41,872 bases of DNA. It comes from a virus. A model generated the notes under the pieces. It saw nothing but the letters and a program-made list of their open reading frames with translations, searched no databases and was not told where the DNA came from. The stretch lies in the IMG/VR virus record IMGVR_UViG_3300017598_000874, one strand, 5' to 3'. This document shows, piece by piece, positions 32,134-38,831 of this stretch (position 1 is its first letter; each line of letters opens with the position of its first letter). Made by a program: the position numbers and the translations under genes.

Positions 32134-33573
32134 CTAAAAGAACCCATCCATGCTCGGCATTTCCAGCCACTCAAAGCTATCATTCATATTCTTCGGGGCA
32201 ACCATTCCTTTATCAAGGGCCTCACACATAGTCCTGAACGCATCAGCATTATTACTTGAGGCATCATGTTCATCTACACCCATTCCCACGCCCTCCCGAT
32301 TCACTTTTTCATGATAAGAAGCCAGCGTATCCACCGCATCGGCGCACTCCGCCGCAAAATGGGCATACTGCCATGCCCGGCGACAGATTTCTATAGACTG
32401 CATAATGTGGTGTCCACGTCTCGGCACGGAGGTAAACTCGATTCCTGATTCTCTTGCCCATTGCAGATTATTACCCTCAACCCCCGCAATCCCCTTATTT
32501 ATATCCCACGGCGCATAGTGATTGCCGTACATATAACCCCTTGAGTTAAGAAGCCGGGCGTGTTCTGCCCATGTCTGCCCCCGACTCTCTTCATAGCCAA
32601 TCAAATTGATTCTCTTAGGCTTCGGTAAATCCTCATCTGGAAACTGCACAAACCATACCGCCATCGCATCGGTACACTTCTGTGCGGTGCCCTTTCCCAA
32701 ATCCCAGAAGGTATAGACCGGAAGACGAGGCTCATACTTTGCATCGTTTAACCGCCCGCCATCCTTCGCTCTGGCGTATTCGTGGGCGTAATATCCGCTC
32801 TCGTTATTAAGAACCGCCTCGTTCAAAAATTCCTGACGAGCCAGCGCATAACTGATTTCCCCTGAATCAACAAGCTTTTGAATGTTAGTATATTCCCGGC
32901 CGGTTTCCGGATTGATAGTTCCCGCTAATTCAGGATTGATATTCAATCCGTCGCCTACCCAATAGTACTGCTTCGTAATCTCAGGTACCAACCACTGCGT
33001 AAACCAGTCTTCCGCCCCGAAATTCTTCTCGAAATTCTTATAAAGGTGGTTCTGCTTGCCCCGCAATGTCCCCTGAAGTATCATCATTGCGTTGGCCTCT
33101 TCCAAAATCGGAGAAATATAGCTGGTTACGTCAGATCGGTGCAGTGAATACTCCGAAATCCCGAATGCAGCACCCCCCTGACCCACAAAATCAAGATTAT
33201 CCGTACCCGAAAACTGCATTACCGACCCGTTCGGATACGTTATTTTTAAATCTTTCTCGTGCTTTGTGACGGGAAGCCCTTCCGGAATCAAGATGTCTAT
33301 AAGCTTCCCCTTCCTTTCCCGTCCGCCCACTATGATTTCCTGCGTGTTGTTCCAAATCGCCCGCTCAGCCCACGCCCTCGTCGGAAAAAGATACCAATAA
33401 TTACCCACTCGACGCATAGCCTCCATCTGCATCAGATTAAACATGCTGACATCTTTTCCGTGACGACGAGGCCAAGTATAAAGAAGTCGCCTAATCCCCC
33501 GCCAATAGGCTTTAAACAACGGAATCTGATACCACCTAGGCGGCAAGGCAGGCAGATAAAGGGGCTTATTCAT
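32134..33573 (-). CDS. terL: terminase large subunit
   Basis: Walker A-like WPRRHGKDVS. ATPase followed by an RNaseH-like nuclease half (FWDLGKGTAQKCTDAMAVWF ... NADAFRTM). 479 aa. Confidence 0.9.
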   Translation of the reverse strand: MNKPLYLPALPPRWYQIPLFKAYWRGIRRLLYTWPRRHGKDVSMFNLMQMEAMRRVGNYWYLFPTRAWAERAIWNNTQEIIVGGRERKGKLIDILIPEGLPVTKHEKDLKITYPNGSVMQFSGTDNLDFVGQGGAAFGISEYSLHRSDVTSYISPILEEANAMMILQGTLRGKQNHLYKNFEKNFGAEDWFTQWLVPEITKQYYWVGDGLNINPELAGTINPETGREYTNIQKLVDSGEISYALARQEFLNEAVLNNESGYYAHEYARAKDGGRLNDAKYEPRLPVYTFWDLGKGTAQKCTDAMAVWFVQFPDEDLPKPKRINLIGYEESRGQTWAEHARLLNSRGYMYGNHYAPWDINKGIAGVEGNNLQWARESGIEFTSVPRRGHHIMQSIEICRRAWQYAHFAAECADAVDTLASYHEKVNREGVGMGVDEHDASSNNADAFRTMCEALDKGMVAPKNMNDSFEWLEMPSMDGFF

Positions 33574-33685
33574 AATTCTTTAATCTCTTCTTCCCCATAT
33601 CCGCTCCCATCCCCGCTCATACTTCGCTGTCGGCGGCGGACTTTGTATTCTGCGCTCCCTCGGAAGATCAGGCCGTGTCCATATC

Positions 33686-34027
33686 TTAGACCCCCCGACC
33701 CTCCGTCCGGTATAAATCCCCGCCTTCATCTGTTCTCCCCCTTTCTATGGGTTTAAGTGAAATGCCTTCCTTTAAAGATGCCGCTTCTATGCTTTCGAGA
33801 AAAGAGATTGGATCAAAGCTTTCTATTGCCTCTTTTTTCAGCCAAAAAGTCAGGTGGGCAAGTTTGCCGCTCTTCTTAACCACTCCTATAAAAGATGCTT
33901 CAAAAACCCATTCCGAACCCCACTCAAACCTAAACTTTACAAAATCCATAAAATACTTACTGCAAAGGGTTTTTTCAATTTCCCCCTCTAATATCTTTTG
34001 CAGGTATGGCTGCTTTTTCATTCTCAT
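33686..34027 (-). CDS. hypothetical protein
   Basis: Protein-like composition, in contrast to the Pro/Arg/Ser-rich antisense ORFs on the plus strand. Confidence 0.45.
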   Translation of the reverse strand: MRMKKQPYLQKILEGEIEKTLCSKYFMDFVKFRFEWGSEWVFEASFIGVVKKSGKLAHLTFWLKKEAIESFDPISFLESIEAASLKEGISLKPIERGRTDEGGDLYRTEGRGV

Positions 34028-34038
34028 CTCTCCTCAAA

Positions 34039-34482
34039 CTATTTCCTTAGATGGCTTTTAACAAACTTCCCGCATGCATCATATTCATGCCGGGAGTTCC
34101 GCTCCGCATCCGTATACCGCTCCGCATGCCAATTCGGATAATCAGGCACCAGCAGCATATACCGCTCCGCATCACCGCGACTCTTTATCTCCCGCCCGTC
34201 CAGCGGGCCGCCCAGCAGTTTCAATACTCTCCCGCACCCCTCCTCTTGGCATCGCCTCACCACATCATCAACCAACATCGGCTCGTAAACAGACACAATA
34301 CTTTCCACCGTAATGGGGGTGTCCCCTCCGTTTATCTGGTAATACTTGACCAATTCAATGATTTCATCAGCTCCAACACCACAAAATCTCACCCCTTGTT
34401 TAATAAACGCATCCATAAAGTCGGCATAATCAACCGACACAGACTCTCCCAACACATTTTTGATAATAATTTCCATCACCAT
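34039..34482 (-). CDS. hypothetical protein (three AERY/AERN repeats)
   Basis: CCGCTCCGCAT occurs three times on the plus strand (about 34098-34170) and encodes DAERY, HAERY and DAERN. Confidence 0.5.
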   Translation of the reverse strand: MVMEIIIKNVLGESVSVDYADFMDAFIKQGVRFCGVGADEIIELVKYYQINGGDTPITVESIVSVYEPMLVDDVVRRCQEEGCGRVLKLLGGPLDGREIKSRGDAERYMLLVPDYPNWHAERYTDAERNSRHEYDACGKFVKSHLRK

Positions 34483-34745
34483 CTCCCCTCTTCTTGACTC
34501 TCATCAGGCTCGTAATGCATCCCATCATCATCAGCCAGGTTCTCCCCCACGATCTTCATAACAGGATTCTTCATACTCCCGCCAGACAGCAACCGCTTCG
34601 CCATCACCCACCTCACAAGCCCCCAGCACGTGTCAAACGTACCCTTCTTCTGCTCCATACGCACCACATCAGCACTACAGCAGGCCGCCCCGGCTACACC
34701 AACACGGTCAAATTCGTACTTCTCCGTCTTCATGAAAAACACCAT
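34476..34745 (-). CDS. hypothetical protein
   Basis: ORF follows a 188-bp non-coding spacer. No clear SD. Confidence 0.45.
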   Translation of the reverse strand: MVFFMKTEKYEFDRVGVAGAACCSADVVRMEQKKGTFDTCWGLVRWVMAKRLLSGGSMKNPVMKIVGENLADDDGMHYEPDESQEEGRW

Positions 34746-34747
34746 GT

Positions 34748-34763
34748 GAAATTTTTTTCAGGT
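34748..34763. repeat. 16-bp direct repeat, copy 1
   Basis: GAAATTTTTTTCAGGT, repeated at 34781-34796. Confidence 0.9.
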
Positions 34764-34780
34764 GGTCAACCCTTTTACCC

Positions 34781-34796
34781 GAAATTTTTTTCAGGT
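34781..34796. repeat. 16-bp direct repeat, copy 2
   Basis: GAAATTTTTTTCAGGT. Confidence 0.9.
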
Positions 34797-34933
34797 AGCC
34801 GCTCTTTTGGGGCCTCCGCTCCGCTATTTCTCAGGCGGGGATGGGGGATTAATCACTTAATATACCACACCCCAAACCACCCTCCGACACCCGCCGGGGA
34901 ATGCATGCTCACCCCCTGAGGGGGTAGGGGGGG

Positions 34934-35305
34934 CTATGGCCGCTTGGAAGCCTGATAGGCATCAGGGGCATCCGAATAATCAATGATAGCCAGGGTAATG
35001 TCCTGATCAGCCTTGGCATACCCCTCAAGATCAGCGTACAGCTTGGCCGCCTGTGCATTACCGGCCTTGACGGTCTGGGAAAGGTAGGACATTAGCTCCA
35101 CGCGTGAGGTAATAGCAGCCGGTAGCGAGGGGGGGAGATTAATCCCCCCATCTTTTTTGGGGTTTTTTGGGGTTTTGGGGGTATTATCTGATATAAGCGG
35201 GCGCATGGCATTATAGAGTGCTTGGTGGATCTCTACTGTCTCTGACAGTCCCTTGATGGCCTTAACTTGCTTACCTGTGATTGCCCATAGAGTTTTATTA
35301 TCCAT
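34934..35305 (-). CDS. first late-arm protein (small-terminase/DNA-binding candidate)
   Basis: Strong SD AAGGAGG 6 nt upstream. A promoter lies at 35333-35361. The function call is a guess from position only. Confidence 0.55.
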   Translation of the reverse strand: MDNKTLWAITGKQVKAIKGLSETVEIHQALYNAMRPLISDNTPKTPKNPKKDGGINLPPSLPAAITSRVELMSYLSQTVKAGNAQAAKLYADLEGYAKADQDITLAIIDYSDAPDAYQASKRP

Positions 35306-35316
35306 TGATGTCCTCC

Positions 35317-35335
35317 TTAATTAGATTGGGTCTAA
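35317..35335. promoter_or_regulatory. operator-like site O1 (TTAATTAGATT...TCTAA)
   Basis: TTAGA-N5-TCTAA inverted repeat. Lies between the -10 box and the SD of the late-arm promoter. Confidence 0.5.
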
Positions 35336-35361
35336 ATACCACGGGGGTGGGACAGAGTCAA
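35333..35361 (-). promoter_or_regulatory. late-arm promoter (TTGACT-17-TATTTA on the minus strand)
   Basis: The reverse complement of 35356-35361 is TTGACT. The reverse complement of 35333-35338 is TATTTA. Followed by AAGGAGG and ATG 35305. Confidence 0.5.
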
Positions 35362-35421
35362 TAGTGATCTGATCTTATAGGGGTATTGTCTTGATTGTCG
35401 TGCGCATTATTATAGGGGCTG

Positions 35422-35440
35422 TTAATTAGATTAAATCTAA
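35422..35440. promoter_or_regulatory. operator-like site O2
   Basis: TTAATTAGATTAAATCTAA. Shares an 11-mer with O1. Perfect palindrome TTAGATT-a-AATCTAA. Confidence 0.5.
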
Positions 35441-35455
35441 GTTGACGTTGTAAAG

Positions 35456-35470
35456 CGTTGCATTGCAACG
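35456..35470. promoter_or_regulatory. 15-bp perfect palindrome upstream of P1
   Basis: CGTTGCA-T-TGCAACG. Ends 38 bp upstream of the -35 box of P1. Confidence 0.45.
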
Positions 35471-35507
35471 GGTTAAGTATTTAATTGGAAATAATTGGAG
35501 ATAATAG

Positions 35508-35536
35508 TTGACCTCACACGGCCAAGAGGTTAGAGT
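35508..35536 (+). promoter_or_regulatory. early promoter P1 (TTGACC-17-TAGAGT)
   Basis: Lies within a 42-bp block (35495-35536) that is repeated at 36946-36987. Confidence 0.6.
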
Positions 35537-35566
35537 ATGCTTGATGGTTGGGACAGGCCCGGCCGC

Positions 35567-35593
35567 AAACCGAAACGGAGAAAACAAATGAAA
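35567..35593 (+). promoter_or_regulatory. family-E translation-initiation region
   Basis: AAACCGAAACGGAGAAAACAAATGAAA. Confidence 0.7.
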
Positions 35594-35776
35594 TATTGTA
35601 ATATCAAAACCGCACTAGGCACATGGACCCTCACCTCTGATCACACTCGCCGCATCGTTAAGCGCTACCGCGTTATTCGACCGGCCTGCTCGCCGGAATA
35701 CGCCTCTGCCGGGTATATTGTGGGGGTCAATGGCATGGAAAAATTTATTTGCGCGTCCGATATACGCCCGGCCTGA
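35588..35776 (+). CDS. hypothetical protein (first early ORF)
   Basis: ORF-track start 35537 abuts the -10 box, so it is rejected. ATG 35588 has the family-E TIR. Confidence 0.5.
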   Translation: MKYCNIKTALGTWTLTSDHTRRIVKRYRVIRPACSPEYASAGYIVGVNGMEKFICASDIRPA

Positions 35777-35787
35777 CCGTTCAATTC

Positions 35788-35807
35788 GCCGCCCCGCAGG
35801 GGGCGGC
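35788..35807 (+). other. intergenic GC hairpin
   Basis: GCCGCCCC-gcag-GGGGCGGC (8 bp). Followed only by a weak T tract. Confidence 0.6.
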
Positions 35808-35845
35808 TTAAAGCCGTTAAACTTACAAAGACCAAGACAGAACCA

Positions 35846-35872
35846 AAACCGAAATGGAGACAGAAAATGAAA
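35846..35872 (+). promoter_or_regulatory. family-E translation-initiation region
   Basis: AAACCGAAATGGAGACAGAAAATGAAA. Confidence 0.7.
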
Positions 35873-36385
35873 GAAAATAACGAAGGAAAATACTACATCA
35901 CCGTGACCGCCGAAGCATACGGCACCACCGGACAACTCTGCTTAGATGGACATAGCACCTCTGATCTGTGCTTCGAGGGGGCGGATGTGGAGTTTGACAC
36001 GTTTGAAGAGGCTAAGGCCGCCGCTGAAAAGATCGACTTGAATAATTTCGTCGATTGGGTGCTCGAGGAAATGAAATTTGAAACCGTTGACACCCCCGCC
36101 GGAGGTCATGTTACCGCCGAAGTTATGGAGGGCGACGGCGGCCTGGTCGGGTATAAATATGAACATACCGACGGCGGATTTATCGAAATTAAATCAATCC
36201 GCGTCGGTTTCGAATCAGCACAGGCCGGGATCGATGTGACGTCCAGCACCTCCGCCGACCTTTGCGCGGATTGCCCTGAATGCGGACTGATAGACGCTTA
36301 TGTATCCAGCGGCGAACACGCCGAAAACGGCGGCGACTTCGTCCAATGTTCTGGCTGTGGCAATTGGTTCTACATTCATTGGTAA
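35867..36385 (+). CDS. strongly acidic early protein with C-terminal Zn-ribbon (DNA-mimic/anti-restriction candidate)
   Basis: About 33 Asp/Glu versus about 8 Lys/Arg in 172 aa. CADCPECG...CSGCGNW. Family-E TIR. Confidence 0.65.
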   Translation: MKENNEGKYYITVTAEAYGTTGQLCLDGHSTSDLCFEGADVEFDTFEEAKAAAEKIDLNNFVDWVLEEMKFETVDTPAGGHVTAEVMEGDGGLVGYKYEHTDGGFIEIKSIRVGFESAQAGIDVTSSTSADLCADCPECGLIDAYVSSGEHAENGGDFVQCSGCGNWFYIHW

Positions 36386-36396
36386 CAAAACCCCGC

Positions 36397-36416
36397 GCCG
36401 CTCGGGAAATAGCGGC
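36397..36416 (+). other. intergenic GC hairpin
   Basis: GCCGCT-cgggaaat-AGCGGC. Confidence 0.5.
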
Positions 36417-36438
36417 AACAATTTTAGAACTGAAACAC

Positions 36439-36465
36439 TAACCGAAACGGAGACAGGAAATGAAA
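36439..36465 (+). promoter_or_regulatory. family-E translation-initiation region
   Basis: TAACCGAAACGGAGACAGGAAATGAAA. Confidence 0.7.
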
Positions 36466-36744
36466 ACAGGAAATGAAAACAAAAACACGCAAACAGAATA
36501 TTTAATCCAGGGGTTAGAAGACGGCATTGTTAAAGACTGCCTAACGGCTTACGGATTTGAAAGCATGGAACAGAAAGCAAGCGGCAACTGGTCAACGTGG
36601 TTTGAAGAAGTCGCTATTTATGACATAACAAACCCCGCAAGCCCCGTATTCATACAGAAACGCAAAGCGGGTAACGAATGTCCCGTCTGGGGCGAACCCT
36701 TCTCTTTGAGAGAGGCCATGACGGAAAGCGAGCGGCCTTTTTAA
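36460..36744 (+). CDS. hypothetical protein
   Basis: Family-E TIR, tandemly duplicated (13 bp x2 at 36453-36478). Confidence 0.55.
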   Translation: MKTGNENKNTQTEYLIQGLEDGIVKDCLTAYGFESMEQKASGNWSTWFEEVAIYDITNPASPVFIQKRKAGNECPVWGEPFSLREAMTESERPF

Positions 36745-36756
36745 CCGCCAACCAAA

Positions 36757-36784
36757 AACCGAAAGTGAGAAAGACGAAATGAAG
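36757..36784 (+). promoter_or_regulatory. family-E translation-initiation region (variant)
   Basis: AAACCGAAAGTGAGAAAGACGAAATGAAG. Confidence 0.6.
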
Positions 36785-36940
36785 AAAAACATAACACTCG
36801 ACGGCGAACCCGCAGTGGTCGCACAAAAAGAAGATGGTTTTTTTGTTGTAAAGCGGTTGGACGGGCGCGGCGGGGATGTAGAATTTTCGCAAACCGCAGT
36901 AACGCGCATACTCTCAAAAGATGCCAACTTTATAAGCTAA
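36779..36940 (+). CDS. small ORF (53 aa)
   Basis: Read by hand: MKKNITLDGEPAVVAQKEDGFFVVKRLDGRGGDVEFSQ... Family-E TIR variant. Confidence 0.45.
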   Translation: MKKNITLDGEPAVVAQKEDGFFVVKRLDGRGGDVEFSQTAVTRILSKDANFIS

Positions 36941-36958
36941 ATTTGTTGGAGATAATAG

Positions 36959-36987
36959 TTGACCTTATACGGCTAAGGGATTAGAGT
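36959..36987 (+). promoter_or_regulatory. early promoter P2 (TTGACC-17-TAGAGT), duplicate of P1
   Basis: TTGGAGATAATAGTTGACCTTATACGGCTAAGGGATTAGAGT, about 36/42 identical to the P1 block. Confidence 0.6.
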
Positions 36988-36993
36988 TTAGAT

Positions 36994-37116
36994 GCTTAAT
37001 GGATAATGAATATCTAAATCAAACGGAGAAAAATTATGCGCCGCTAATAAAACTGCACTGAGGCAATGAGCTCAGAAAAACTCTAACTGCCCTCCTTTTT
37101 AGCGGGGGCAGTTTTA
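36994..37116 (+). ncRNA. candidate short leader transcript / sRNA (P2 to terminator) carrying a 3-codon mini-ORF
   Basis: Inferred from the P2 -10 box (ends 36987) and the terminator (ends 37116). Contains an SD-like ACGGAGA plus ATG CGC CGC TAA (37036-37047) and the hairpin CTGAG-N8-CTCAG (37058-37075). Confidence 0.3.
37087..37116 (+). terminator. intrinsic terminator about 100 nt downstream of promoter P2
   Basis: CTGCCCTC (37087-37094) pairs with GGGGGCAG (37104-37111), including one G-U pair. Followed by TTTTAT. Confidence 0.6.
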
Positions 37117-37121
37117 TCAGC

Positions 37122-37148
37122 AAACCGAAATGGAGACAGGAAATGAAA
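37122..37148 (+). promoter_or_regulatory. family-E translation-initiation region
   Basis: AAACCGAAATGGAGACAGGAAATGAAA. Confidence 0.7.
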
Positions 37149-37391
37149 ATCAAACACAGCTACAGAATCGCAATCCAAACGAAATACATCGGCCCGACCA
37201 ATTACAGATGGTCACGGGTAAAAGCATTCGGCCCTGACGGTCAAACACTTACCCTTGATTGGGATGATGCATTGAACATGGAAGAAAATCACGCTGAAGC
37301 AGTAAAAGCCCTTTGTAAGAAATTCGAGTGGGGCGGAACGTGGACGCTTGGCGGAACTAAAATCGGCTATTGCGCAGTACAAACGAACTAA
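37143..37391 (+). CDS. hypothetical protein
   Basis: Family-E TIR. Lies downstream of the terminator at 37087-37116. Confidence 0.55.
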   Translation: MKIKHSYRIAIQTKYIGPTNYRWSRVKAFGPDGQTLTLDWDDALNMEENHAEAVKALCKKFEWGGTWTLGGTKIGYCAVQTN

Positions 37392-37396
37392 AAAAC

Positions 37397-37410
37397 CCCG
37401 CTTCGGCGGG
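37397..37410 (+). other. intergenic hairpin with TTCG loop
   Basis: CCCGC-ttcg-GCGGG, preceded by A5. Confidence 0.5.
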
Positions 37411-37421
37411 TTGTAAGAACC

Positions 37422-37450
37422 AAACCGAAAAGGAGAAAGAGGAAATGAAA
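37422..37450 (+). promoter_or_regulatory. family-E translation-initiation region
   Basis: AAACCGAAAAGGAGAAAGAGGAAATGAAA. Confidence 0.7.
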
Positions 37451-37717
37451 GTTGAAATCGCAGCAACCTACACTACTAAAAAAATTGAAATCACCGACGA
37501 GCTCTCAGAAAGTAGCTACGGAATCCCAGTATGTGTGATTGATAACGTCGCTTACGGCCCTGCTGATAATGCTCCTCTGTACACTCGCCTAGACAATCCC
37601 GATGATTTTATAGGAGATAAATATCCCTCTCTCGGCCGGGCTGTCCAGCATCTGGTTTGTGATGCTCAATTAAGTGACGAGGATTATGCATTCTGTCAAA
37701 AATTTTACCACCGGTGA
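37445..37717 (+). CDS. hypothetical acidic protein
   Basis: Start moved to ATG 37445, which carries the family-E TIR (aaaaggagaaagaggaaATG). Confidence 0.55.
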   Translation: MKVEIAATYTTKKIEITDELSESSYGIPVCVIDNVAYGPADNAPLYTRLDNPDDFIGDKYPSLGRAVQHLVCDAQLSDEDYAFCQKFYHR

Positions 37718-37794
37718 AATAAGCCTCTGACGCCGAACCACGGTCATGCTAACACGTCATATTAAATGGTCAATTCGGGCCAAAGTAGGAAAAG

Positions 37795-37932
37795 ATGAAC
37801 AATAAAACACTGATTAAGCTTGCCGGAAACGGCGCAGGCGTGATCCCTGCTCATGAGTACCAGCAGGCAAAGAACGACTGGCCTGCGAGTGCGATTGCCG
37901 ACCTGCTCCGGCTAATCGAAAAAACAGAATGA
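37795..37932 (+). CDS. small ORF (45 aa)
   Basis: Read by hand: MNNKTLIKLAGNGAGVIPAHEYQQAKNDW... SD aggaaaag. Confidence 0.35.
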   Translation: MNNKTLIKLAGNGAGVIPAHEYQQAKNDWPASAIADLLRLIEKTE

Positions 37933-37990
37933 GCGATAAAATGAATTCGATGGTTAGTCTAAAGTTGAACAATCAACGAAGGAGAGAAAC

Positions 37991-38161
37991 GTGAAAGCAG
38001 AACACGACGGAATAAAACTCACACTAACAAAACCAGAAAGCCTCTTGCTCAAAGAGTTGGCTGGGAAAATAACAGGGCAAATGATAACAGAGCAAATGAA
38101 GCTTACAGGCGAACATGGTGCCTTCTGCGATAATCTTTACGATTTGCTTTGTGAAGACTAA
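37991..38161 (+). CDS. small ORF (56 aa, GTG start)
   Basis: SD aaggagag 5 nt upstream of the GTG. Its stop is the TAA of the family-C box CTAACGAC. Confidence 0.4.
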   Translation: MKAEHDGIKLTLTKPESLLLKELAGKITGQMITEQMKLTGEHGAFCDNLYDLLCED

Positions 38162-38253
38162 CGACAAGATAACCAGCGGGAAAACCGCGAAGGGGTCAAG
38201 ATGAAGGATAAAATTTCGGGCGGTTTTCACCGTATGGTTCATTTTCTGGTTAG
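38158..38253 (+). repeat. family-C leader, copy 2 (96 bp perfect)
   Basis: Identical to 8668-8763. The flanks differ on both sides. Confidence 0.95.
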
Positions 38254-38416
38254 TTTTTTTACTCTGCGATACGAGATTCAAGAGCGTTTAATGGGAGGAC
38301 AAAACTACTGGATGATTGACAGAATCTACATGGGAGAAAGAGTGTTTTTTGAACGGTGGAACACGCCTGAGTCAGCCCAAAAACGTTTGGATGAACTTAA
38401 CGGATTCATAAACTAA
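38201..38416 (+). CDS. hypothetical protein, family-C N-terminus
   Basis: Begins inside the 96-bp perfect repeat 38158-38253. Unrelated to the ORF at 8711 after residue 18. Confidence 0.5.
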   Translation: MKDKISGGFHRMVHFLVSFFTLRYEIQERLMGGQNYWMIDRIYMGERVFFERWNTPESAQKRLDELNGFIN

Positions 38417-38505
38417 CGACAACCATGAGGCTGAAGAGCCGAAGAAGAAACAATGACTGAAACAAAAAAGCGTGACGGCCTTGATAGCCTCGATGAACTG
38501 ATTAG
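38413..38505 (+). repeat. family-A leader, copy 3
   Basis: CTAACGACAACCATGAGGCTGAAGAGCCGAAGAAGAAACAATGACTGAAACAAAAAAGCGTGACGGCCTTGATAGCCTCGATGAACTGATTAG. Confidence 0.9.
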
Positions 38506-38710
38506 CCTACTGAAAGAGCGTCCCGGTCGGACTTGTACTGAGATCGGAGAATCTCTGTGGGGCGGAACAATGACCGCCAAAGCGAGAGACCGCCAGCACT
38601 ACGCAAGACCGGCCGGCAAGCTGGTCAAACGAGCAATGGCACTTGGGCTTGTGCGGGAACGCCGCATCTTTGGGAAAAGACATATGCGCCGTGAATTCTT
38701 AGCACGCTAA
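38453..38710 (+). CDS. winged-helix-like DNA-binding protein, family-A N-terminus
   Basis: MTETKKRDGLDSLDEL then RTCTEIGESL...LVKRAMALGLVRER (wHTH-like). Confidence 0.55.
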   Translation: MTETKKRDGLDSLDELISLLKERPGRTCTEIGESLWGGTMTAKARDRQHYARPAGKLVKRAMALGLVRERRIFGKRHMRREFLAR

Positions 38711-38831
38711 TGCATGAATGAAACTGAAGAAACGATGCGATCTGGCACGACTACAAGGACAAGGTGCGTCCGATCATTGAGCGTGCCAACGCAAATGGTG
38801 ACTCTTCACCGGAAACCACGAAGGAGATTAC

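Noticed and set aside
33259-34919. Chain of long plus-strand ORFs (165, 104, 148 and 141 aa).
   Set aside because: Their Pro/Arg/Ser/His-rich low-complexity translations are typical of antisense reading of GC-rich genes. The minus-strand ORFs have normal protein composition and fit the operon direction.
35537-35587. ORF-track start at 35537 for the first early ORF.
   Set aside because: That ATG directly abuts the predicted -10 box (35531-35536), so it would not be transcribed from P1. ATG 35588 carries the conserved family-E TIR.
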